Origin: Escherichia phage Eps7 | DNA: 64,000 bases | Direction: 5' to 3' (one strand) | Sequence record: NC_010583.1 | Shown: positions 52,265 through 61,269 of the stretch, one piece after another | Layout: each line of letters begins with the position of its first letter | Numbering within the stretch: position 1 is the stretch's first letter | Position numbers and translations under genes: made by a program | Notes under the pieces: model-generated | Told to the model about the DNA's origin: nothing | Database searches by the model: none | Seen by the model: the letters and a program-made list of their open reading frames with translations, nothing else

Positions 52265-55215
52265 TTATGGTAGTTCTGTAATTGTTGGAGCATTTCCGTT
52301 AAGCATTGATTTTACAAGGTTTTTCAGTTCATATAACTCATTGCGTAATACGTTAATTTCCTCCTGTTGATTATCAATCTTTGCTTTTTGCTCTTTGAAT
52401 GCGTTAACAAGAAGTGCGACAACACCATTATAGTTAATGCCTTTGATTGCCTCGCCTTTTGGGTCTAGCTGACCATCGTTATTCAAAGAATGAACCGCTT
52501 CCGGCAAAACCCTTTCAACATCTTGTGCGATCAATCCAGCCTCAATACTATAAACGCTGTTTTCATCTTCAATTAGATTGTTGCGCTTGTAGTAAGTATA
52601 ACCAGTTAGATAATCAATTTTGTCGGATGCCGTTTCGATCTCTTTTAGATGTGCTTTTAATCTAATGTCAGACCTGCTAACCCAATTTGATGCGCTACCA
52701 TTTCCAGCACTATCAAAAATAAAGTCAGCGCCCTTAACATAAAGATGTGTTTCAGCGCCGCCAGAAGTCCACGGAACAACATCCATGCCAGCTATCCAAT
52801 CTTTCCCCAATAAACAGATTTAAATATGGCAACCGCAGAATCAAATCCAATGTGCTCAACAAGCAATCCAGACGCACGACTACGCCAGTCGGCAAATGAA
52901 CCACCCTCAACTTGACCAGCAATAAGAGCGTTTGGATCACCGCGCCTAACTCCATTTACATACATACCCCTTGCGTTATCATCAACATAAGATGATATGA
53001 CCCTGTAAGTGTTTATTCCTGATGGAGTCCATGCAAATATTCTCGCTGAATCAGCAAACGCGCTTATGTGACCATCACGATCCCATTTAAGACCTGAATC
53101 ATGATCCCCAATTGCTATAGAGTAATCACCAAGAGCCGATTGAGCATCCGGACTTAATAACATCAATTGCCTATCAGATCTTGCTATCCTGTACCATCCA
53201 CCCCAAGAGCCAGCACTGCAAATGATACCCCATTTATTACCGTTCATTGCGGTTGCAACAATATTTCCATACTCAACATGACCGTTTGCATTTTTACCGT
53301 GAACATGCAATTCATACATCCACCAACCAGAGGCTTCAGGTGGTTGATATGTAACAAGTTCTCCGCTTGAGTAATAACCGCTTTCTGCGTATGTTGACAT
53401 AAACCCAAGAATGTTTGAATTATTAGGAATAATAATTGCTTGACCACCAACAGGAGTATTTAAGTTCTTTCTTGCTCCAACTTCAGTATTAGATCCAGTG
53501 CCGCCAGCATCAATTGAAAGAGGAATCCATCTTCCAGTTTCATCAGTCCAAACACCCCACGCCGCATCAGGTCTAATTGTGATTCGATAAGGTGAGTTAC
53601 TCCCTGGTGCATACATCATAGTTTCTGTTTCTGTTTGCTTTAAACGATCAATGCCAAAGTTTATTTTTGCGCCCTCAACGTTTTCAGCACCAGTACCGCC
53701 AGCACCAATAGAAAGCGCAGATGTGCTGTTATTGTCATTACGCGCAACGCGCCATTCCCCATTGTTAGCGATCCGTAATTCATAAGTCCATGCAGGATTA
53801 CGAAAAGAATTATAAGCGCCAGCATATTGATCTTTTACAGAATTAACAGCCTCAACTTTTAGCGCCTCCCTTGCAAGGTCTTTGTTTGCAAGATCATTAA
53901 GGTTCTGATCCTTCTTTAACGACGCTTGCATAACCTGTTCTGCTGATGCAGCCGCTGTCTCCGCTCTATCTGCTGCACTGGTGGCATTAGTAGCTTTCTC
54001 TCCTGCTATTGTAGCGCTACCAGCGGCCTCCAGGGCCTTGTCTGTTGCTGTCGTTGCAGCAGTAGTGGCGGTATTTTTAAATACCTCTGCTTCGTCTCTG
54101 TAGCCTTTGGTTGTGGTCATCGCTTGCGTAGCTGTATTCGCACTACCTGATGCACTTTGCTGAGCTAGCTTAGCAGCGTCTTCACTAGCTTTTGAGTTAA
54201 TTTCACTAGTCTTTGTATTAGTTTCTGAGTTTTTTGCTGCTAATGCTGATGTGGAGGCTTGTGCAGCGAATGCTTCTGCTTCATCCCTGAATCCTTTGGA
54301 GTCAGAAGCAGAGGCAGCGGAATCAGCAGCATTAGTCTCACTAGTTTTTGCTGCTGCTGCATATGCTGCTGCATTAGTCTCACTAGTTTTTGCATTAGTC
54401 TCACTAGTTTTTGCATTAATCTCACTAGTTTTTGCTGCAGCTGATGATTCTATAGCAGTAGTTTCACTAATTTTTGCTGCAGCTGATGATTCTGCAGCTT
54501 TAGTAGCGGATGCAGCAGATTGAGAAGCAGAAATAGCAGACTGAGAAGCAGAAGCTTCAGAAGCTTCAGCAGAAATAGCAGATTCATTCTCAGAATTCTT
54601 AGCATTAAGTTCTGAAGTCTTAGCAGCTATCTCGGAGTCTTTTGCAGTAGTAGCGTATTCTCCCGCCTCTGTAGCAGAACCAGCAGCAGCAATAGCCTGA
54701 TTGGTAGACTCAGTAGCAGATGTAGCAGCATTTTGCTCAGAAGTAGCAGCAGCAGTCTTAGCAGCCTCAGCGTCCTTCTTAGCTTGTTCAGCTAATAGAC
54801 GACTCTGTTCAGCATTTTGTGCAGCAAGTTCAGCAGAATCACGGAATCCTTTGGATTCCTCAGCTGACGTAGCAGAGGCATCAGCACTATCTTTAGATAA
54901 ACCAGCTTGTCTCTCCGCTTCAGTAGCAGAAGCAGCAGATTGAGTTGCAGAAGTTTCTGAAGAGTTAGCGTAAATTGCAGCTAGGTTCTCCGAGTCCTTA
55001 GCATTTGTTTCAGATTCTTTTGCTGCAATTTCAGAATCTTTTGCTGCCGCAGCAGAAGCAGCAGAGGCCTCAACAGCCCCTGTTAGTTCACTAGCAGTAA
55101 TAGAACTAATAGAAGTACCTAAAACTACCGTATACTTAGGATATTTACTAGCAGTAGTTGTAGTGTCATCTATGTTCAGAATCTGCTGTACAATAATTTT
55201 AGTTTTAAGTGCCAT
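52265..55215 (-). CDS. ltf: L-shaped tail fibre protein with C-terminal intramolecular chaperone (peptidase S74-like) domain; frameshift at C4 tract 52805-52808
   Basis: N-terminal repetitive AK.SE.NAK.SE fibre shaft, central beta-rich region, C-terminal chaperone motifs (SDIRLKAHLKEI...DYLTGYTYYKRN...SIEAGLIAQDVERVLPEAV); two ORFs join across the tract. Confidence 0.7.
54371..54500. repeat. in-frame tandem DNA repeats inside tail-fibre gene
   Basis: 21-nt unit gcattagtctcactagttttt x3 (54371-54433), then tgctgcagctgatgattct x2; encodes repeated TSETNAK-type peptide units. Confidence 0.7.
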
Positions 55216-55637
55216 TATTGAGTTACTCCATCGCTGATGTATACTTTACCTTCCATAATACGGAAAGAATTGACTTCAGAGCCAATTACATCACGAGTCA
55301 TTAGGATATCATAATAACCAGCAAAACGTTGTCTTGGGTTATACTTATCACGTTCTTTAGATGCTTTTTCACCAATATTAGTAGTGTCTGCAATGGAAAG
55401 ACTAATTGCAGCAGCACCTTGAGCAGCATCAATAACATGAGTTTTAAAATTAGCTAGAACCTCGGCGTTCTCATCTAAACTAGATTTAATAGTTCCTCTG
55501 AGTGAATACCCTGTCAAGTTAACAGGAAATTCTGTTGGCGGATATACGCTATCATCAACATCCATAAATTGCATGATAAGACTATAAGGCACTTTCTCAT
55601 CAACAACAATATCAATAACTCGGTTTTCTGTACTCAT
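55215..55637 (-). CDS. tail collar protein (T5 p132-like, 140 aa)
   Basis: Size and position (between pb4-like and tail-fibre genes) match T5 p132; beta-rich sequence. Confidence 0.5.
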   Translation of the reverse strand: MSTENRVIDIVVDEKVPYSLIMQFMDVDDSVYPPTEFPVNLTGYSLRGTIKSSLDENAEVLANFKTHVIDAAQGAAAISLSIADTTNIGEKASKERDKYNPRQRFAGYYDILMTRDVIGSEVNSFRIMEGKVYISDGVTQ

Positions 55638-55642
55638 TATAA

Positions 55643-57701
55643 TTACCTTATATGGATATACCCACTATTTAGGTCTATCTTCATCTTGTAGTATGCTTCA
55701 GGGTTTCCTGATAACGCAGCATTTCTATCGTAGATTATATTAACACCTATTTGTGATAAGAAGGCATTTCCTGCCACAATCTTATCAGCAGTTACAGTTC
55801 CATTAACAATCATGTTGCCATGAAGAACCATTGCAGGGTTAATCCATCCAGCCCCGTTCCATTGACGGGTAAATGCTGTTTGTGGAGCATTACTGTTAAA
55901 TTGTGTTAGAACATCGTATTTAACCGGAGGTTTTCCAAAGTTATTTTGAAAGAATGCGTTAGCTTGTCCATCATCCCAACCGCCTAATCCAGGAATACCC
56001 ATGGAGTACATCCCAGGACCACGCTGTCCATCATGTCCTATAGTACCTTCAGTACCACTCCATTGAACTACATCAGACCAGCTAGTACCTTCAAGAAGTT
56101 TGTTAGTAACTGGATCAAGTGTACCTGTAGTCGCATAGATATTTTGTGTCATATCTGTACGATTAGGTGGAGTTTTTGACCAACCAGGAGGTGGATAATC
56201 TTGTTCTAACGGTTTGGCCGGTAAAGATGTTGCTAACTTATAAACAAATACTGTTTGCTTACCTTGTAAACCAGTTCCAATATCTACGTCACCATTTGGT
56301 GTTCCAATTACTACACCACTAGAAATACGCAGAGTAGTACCATCATAACGTATCCATTGTGTAGCATTACCAATGTCTAACTTAGCTTTGGCAGAGGTAT
56401 TATCCATACCCATCCAAATACCAGAGTTATTATCTCCCCAAGATTTACCTTGAGTATAAATTGCTGGATTATCTTTACCAGATAAGTTAGTCATGATAAA
56501 GTTCGCAGCATTAATATCTCTAGTAATTACTTTACCATCGACGTTAACAACACGATTTATAGGGTCGAAAGAAATAGGTGCTTTTCCTTCTTCATCTAGC
56601 AGACCAATGTTAATAGCACCAGTAGCTGCATCAATTAAGAATGTCTGTCTCCAGATTTCTCCATCTTTCATACTACCCTTAATAAAGGCATAGTTAACAT
56701 CAATACCAGTCTCATTGACAAAACTATTATCTAGAGGAGTATCTTCATTCAATATAAATGTTACAGGAGCTGATTCTGTTATATCTTGCTTATTTGGTCC
56801 CCAGGCAATTGATGAAACCTTAAAGGTATGTTCAACTTTCCATGGGAATGATATAATCGTTGCAGCTCTAGCAGCACCCACGTTTATCTTTTGAGCTTTA
56901 GCCCATCCGGTTTTAGCGTATTCCTCGGAGTTTATATAAGTAACCAAGAACTCACGAACGTTAGCACCAGCACCACGTTCCCATTCCCACTCAATTCTAA
57001 CATCATATCGTTCTTTACCATCAGCAATTCGTGCAGCTTTAAAAACAATATCGATAGGTGCAGTAGGTGGAACAAAGTTATAAGCTACAGTTAGAATATT
57101 AGGAAACTCGTAGTATCCTGAAGAATCAACTGTAACACCATCAGGCATAGTTACTTGACCAGATATTCTGATCTTATAGTCTCCGATAGGAACTCCACCA
57201 AATTTAATAGTAGAACCTAAAGCCCCAATATAATATTTAGTCCAAGGACTGTCTTCAGTGGCTGTACTTTTTAACTCAATAGTACAGTAACTTGCTTCAC
57301 CAGTTGTTTCCACAACAACTATCGGTGCGCCCACCCCAACATCCACAGGTTCTGACTCAGATCTTGCTGCGACAATTATTGGCTTCTCTTTTGTTTTAAA
57401 GTTAGTTTCATTAGAGAGGTTAATACCAATTTTTGCATTTAAAAGTTCTGAGTCAATAATCGAGTCATAAAAAAGCTCCCTGAACCTGATAGGTAGTTGA
57501 GGGAGTTAAATTATTGATCATAACAAAGAAAGTGTCGATTCCAGTGAAATCTCTTCTATCCACTTCTTCGCCAAGTTTAAGCCAGAATGATCTACCGATA
57601 ACATCGTAGTCGGTATAGATAGAATGCTGGATATACGCCATCGTATACCCAGTCATAATACTATTTAAGACCATCTTGGCTGGTGCATTATTCGAAATCA
57701 T
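55643..57701 (-). CDS. pb4: baseplate/central fibre protein pb4-like (frameshifted at A6 tract 57469-57474)
   Basis: Combined length about 685 aa (T5 pb4 is about 688); 78-aa and 567-aa ORFs join when the T6 run on the coding strand is read as T5. Confidence 0.65.
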
Positions 57702-60551
57702 TTAAATAGATGCCCAATCCACAGATTGCTCGCCATTATCACCTTCTGCTCTTATACGGAAGCGTAACTTCCTATTAATACCCAGAGCATCCTCATTATG
57801 AAGAGCATAGTCTGCCTTATTGTATATCAGTAGATAATCGTAGACATACTGATCTTCAATTCGTACACTTCTTAATAAACGATCTAGGTTATCGTAGATT
57901 TCGAGAGTGTAGAAGATTCCATCAATGATATCTTCTTCTGGAATTCTATCCCAGGCCAATTTAACGTCTGGTCCTACAAACTCCGAAGCATCTCCTGAAG
58001 CTGTATTAGTAACCCTGAAGTTACTAACGACGCTTAAGTTTTTAGCAGAGTTAAGTTCTACTGATAATGTTACAGGAGAACTTCGTCTACCATTAATATC
58101 TACAGCTCTAATCTCAAAGACTGCTAAACCAGCAGGTTCTCCAATAATTTCTTGGATCATTCGTAGATTTGGATTAGTTTCTAGTTGCTGTACGATATAA
58201 GGATCAGCATGTCCAGAATGAACGATGGAGTAATAAACAACGTTATTAGTTAAGCTAGGAAGCCAAGATAGCTCACCATTCTTACCAATAGACCCTACTT
58301 GTCCACCTGGTGTTGGTGTATACATAAAGTCTCTAGGAGGCAGTACGTTATTACTAACATCAGGGATATCGTTACCACTATTATCAACCTGCTCGGAGTT
58401 AATGAATACATCCTCACCATACTCTTGCAGTGTAATATTAATCTTACCTTCTCTAGAGTTTTCAACTTCATCAACTAGGAAGTATTTCTTATCCCAACCA
58501 TAACGACCATATGTAAAAGCAACCGGATCGTTAGGCTCAATACCTATGAAATGATATGGTAATGAGAATGTGAGAGTTCGTGAGTAACGAGATTTTTTCA
58601 GTTCTCTATCTGCAAAGCTACGTGCAGTATAATAGTTAGTGATGTTTGCAAAAGAAAGCTGAAGTTTTTTATCTAATCCTTTATCTTGTTCTTTAAATAT
58701 AGAGTTAAAGAATGTAATGGAGTTAGTTTTCCAGCTTAATGCGGGATCTAGTATAGAGGCCTGTACTGAGTTGAATTTATTTCTGCCAGTAGTATCTGAC
58801 AATTCCAGATCACCATAGGTATCTAAGAAGTCAATCTCCAGTGGAGTATTCGAGAACTTCTCAACAGTTATTCTATACTGACCAGATAAGTTGTTGATAG
58901 CACCCCCATAAGACTCTATTAATCCCTGCACGTTTTTAAATACTGACTCAGAGGTATCGAGAATAGTGTTCATTTGAACTATTTGTCTATTCTCTCCTAC
59001 AGCATCAGTCCATCCAACGTATCTCCAGTAGGGTTGCCAAGAAACCTGATAGGATTCATCAATTATATCCAGAATAGCTGCTTCTTGAATAAGTTGCTGG
59101 AGAGGGAACTGATCAATAGTGATATTAGCACCATAGCGATCAGAGGTTAGGTAGTCCAGAGTTTGCCAGATACCATTTAAGCTAGTCTTATCAGCAGTTA
59201 CTCTACCATCTGAATGATAGATCTTAATCTTCTTACCTTGAACTTCAGCGCTAACTTCTGGAATTTCTGTTCTGTTTTCATTAATAGTAAAGCGAACAAT
59301 AGCGTAAGCAGTATCTAACAGTTTATAACGAGAGTCCCAGTATTCTGGTCCATTCTCATTCATGTTCTGTAGGTAGAAACCTTTCTCTTTTGCAATGTTA
59401 ACTAGAACATCCGCAGCAGATTGGTCTGCTTTACCATGATAAGTCCAGATACGTATATCGCCATTACCATCGTTATACCTATATTCCTGTCCATGAACAG
59501 AGGGTTCAGAGCTTGATTGACCAGAAGCAATACGTTGCATGGTATCTCCAGCTACTTTCTTAGTACCAAAGCAAGTACGAGACTTACTATCGTTAGGATC
59601 AATACAGATCATTGGTACATCACCAAAGTAGAAATCTAGAAATCCATCAATCTCACCCTCACAGAAGGCATATACTATATATACGATATTAGGGTTATGC
59701 AGCTCAGTATCCGCAAATACGGGGATTCCAGGGATTTTCTGAGTTCCATACACTACTGGAAGGAACTTAGCCGCTAAGTTAAAATCGATGTCAACTTCCT
59801 TAGTCACAGTCTCATAGTATTTCTTTAGGCTATAGCTTCTAGAAAGACCAAATAACTTTTTCTTAGACTGTAACTTGTAACGTTCTTCCTGAACCTGATA
59901 CTTAGCGAGAATAGAAATACTTTTATTAGCATGGAAGAATCCGTAGTCCTCTTGATACTCAGGTCGCTTAGCACCATTAGATGGAACTAATTGGCCAGCA
60001 ACAATCTCAAGTCCCCTATGGTCAGCATCGTCTGTGAAACGTCCGTTTACTCTATCAAAGTCGTAAAACTGGTTCGAACAGTTCCATGTGATAGTGGATG
60101 TGCTAATTCCAGAAGTACCAATGTTATCCTTAATACCACCACCAGTGATTTTACCACGGAAGTAAAGTAAAGGACCATTAGTGTCTGGATCCACAGGAAG
60201 AATGTTACCTTCTTCATCAATAACCGCTTGATGGATTGAGATGGATCTATCTAGGAATGATACACCATTTTGGACTAGTTTTAATACTTCATCCTCAGCA
60301 GTACCTGTGATAGTAAAAGAAAGACTACCAATGGAAAGATCTCTATTTTGTTTATGTGTTGTTATAGACTTAACCTTACCGGATGTATAAAGAATCCCAT
60401 TATATCTTACATCTCTAAAATAATCTGTAAGATATATGTAGGCAGAACTTGATCCAGTAGAGCTTGGCAATTCAAGAGTAATAAGGCATGCAGTTTTTAT
60501 TTTATTATTAGTTCTTAAATACTCTCTTGCACTGTCAAGAATTTTCTTCAT
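57702..60551 (-). CDS. pb3: baseplate hub protein pb3-like (949 aa)
   Basis: Length identical to T5 pb3 (949 aa); between distal tail protein and pb4 homologs. Confidence 0.75.
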   Translation of the reverse strand: MKKILDSAREYLRTNNKIKTACLITLELPSSTGSSSAYIYLTDYFRDVRYNGILYTSGKVKSITTHKQNRDLSIGSLSFTITGTAEDEVLKLVQNGVSFLDRSISIHQAVIDEEGNILPVDPDTNGPLLYFRGKITGGGIKDNIGTSGISTSTITWNCSNQFYDFDRVNGRFTDDADHRGLEIVAGQLVPSNGAKRPEYQEDYGFFHANKSISILAKYQVQEERYKLQSKKKLFGLSRSYSLKKYYETVTKEVDIDFNLAAKFLPVVYGTQKIPGIPVFADTELHNPNIVYIVYAFCEGEIDGFLDFYFGDVPMICIDPNDSKSRTCFGTKKVAGDTMQRIASGQSSSEPSVHGQEYRYNDGNGDIRIWTYHGKADQSAADVLVNIAKEKGFYLQNMNENGPEYWDSRYKLLDTAYAIVRFTINENRTEIPEVSAEVQGKKIKIYHSDGRVTADKTSLNGIWQTLDYLTSDRYGANITIDQFPLQQLIQEAAILDIIDESYQVSWQPYWRYVGWTDAVGENRQIVQMNTILDTSESVFKNVQGLIESYGGAINNLSGQYRITVEKFSNTPLEIDFLDTYGDLELSDTTGRNKFNSVQASILDPALSWKTNSITFFNSIFKEQDKGLDKKLQLSFANITNYYTARSFADRELKKSRYSRTLTFSLPYHFIGIEPNDPVAFTYGRYGWDKKYFLVDEVENSREGKINITLQEYGEDVFINSEQVDNSGNDIPDVSNNVLPPRDFMYTPTPGGQVGSIGKNGELSWLPSLTNNVVYYSIVHSGHADPYIVQQLETNPNLRMIQEIIGEPAGLAVFEIRAVDINGRRSSPVTLSVELNSAKNLSVVSNFRVTNTASGDASEFVGPDVKLAWDRIPEEDIIDGIFYTLEIYDNLDRLLRSVRIEDQYVYDYLLIYNKADYALHNEDALGINRKLRFRIRAEGDNGEQSVDWASI

Positions 60552-61162
60552 AGACTTTCCCTCAAGGAAAGTGAAATACCAGTATATGTACCATTGCTAT
60601 TTAACGTAGAGCCGAAGCTGTCTCCATTCATTAATTTAGTTCTAAATAGAATACCATTAAATACCGGTTTCTCACTACCCGTAGTAGTAATGAATAGATC
60701 AGGATAAACACTTATATTCCAAGTATTTCCTGCTGTGTTGATAGAAGTGATTTTATACACTTTTGGATGATTGGACAACTTAAATAAATCTCCTGGTTTA
60801 GGCAGTCCACGAAGTGTACCTTTAGTGTCCATAATAACTGTTGAACCTTTTTGTCCAGCAGGAATATTTACAGCACTAGTATCACCACGAACTCGGAAAG
60901 CCTCATATTGTGGTAATAACACATCAATATAGCTACCTGTTCTTTTATAATCTAGGATGAATGAGTCTAATTTAGCAAATTCATCTGGGAATAATTCTGG
61001 ATAAGAGATATTAATACCCCAATATTGAGCAGACACCTTAACCTCCCTAACTTTACCATTAGGTAATTCATCACGAATCATAGGGTCATTGTCTACTAAG
61101 TTAACGCTTTCAAAACCTAACCCTGATAGCTCTGGGTTCGTGTATGGGTCTGGTAGTCTCAT
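60548..61162 (-). CDS. pb9: distal tail protein (Dit, T5 pb9-like, 204 aa)
   Basis: Size and position immediately downstream of the tape-measure gene. Confidence 0.7.
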   Translation of the reverse strand: MRLPDPYTNPELSGLGFESVNLVDNDPMIRDELPNGKVREVKVSAQYWGINISYPELFPDEFAKLDSFILDYKRTGSYIDVLLPQYEAFRVRGDTSAVNIPAGQKGSTVIMDTKGTLRGLPKPGDLFKLSNHPKVYKITSINTAGNTWNISVYPDLFITTTGSEKPVFNGILFRTKLMNGDSFGSTLNSNGTYTGISLSLRESL

Positions 61163-61184
61163 AGTTAATTTCTCCTCTTAATAA

Positions 61185-61220
61185 CAATATTATAATAGGA
61201 TTGGAAAATTTTATCAAGAA
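61185..61220 (-). promoter_or_regulatory. sigma70-like promoter upstream of pb9-like gene
   Basis: RC: UP element AAAAATAAAAATTT, -35 TTGATA, 18-nt spacer, -10 TATAAT, RBS AGGAG. Confidence 0.45.
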
Positions 61221-61229
61221 ATTTTTATT

Positions 61230-61263
61230 TTTCCATAAAGAAAGGAGGACATAAAGTCCTCCT
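61230..61263 (-). terminator. intrinsic terminator after tape-measure gene
   Basis: Hairpin ggaggac-ataaa-gtcctcc followed on the minus strand by a U-rich run. Confidence 0.5.
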
Positions 61264-61269
61264 CCAGTA

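Noticed and set aside
54371-54500. Tandem repeats as a possible CRISPR array
   Set aside because: Repeats are contiguous, in-frame and coding, with no spacer-like unique sequences; no cas genes.
54240-54943. Short ORFs on both strands inside the tail-fibre repeat region
   Set aside because: Artefacts of the repetitive Ala/Ser/Glu-coding repeats of the tail-fibre gene.
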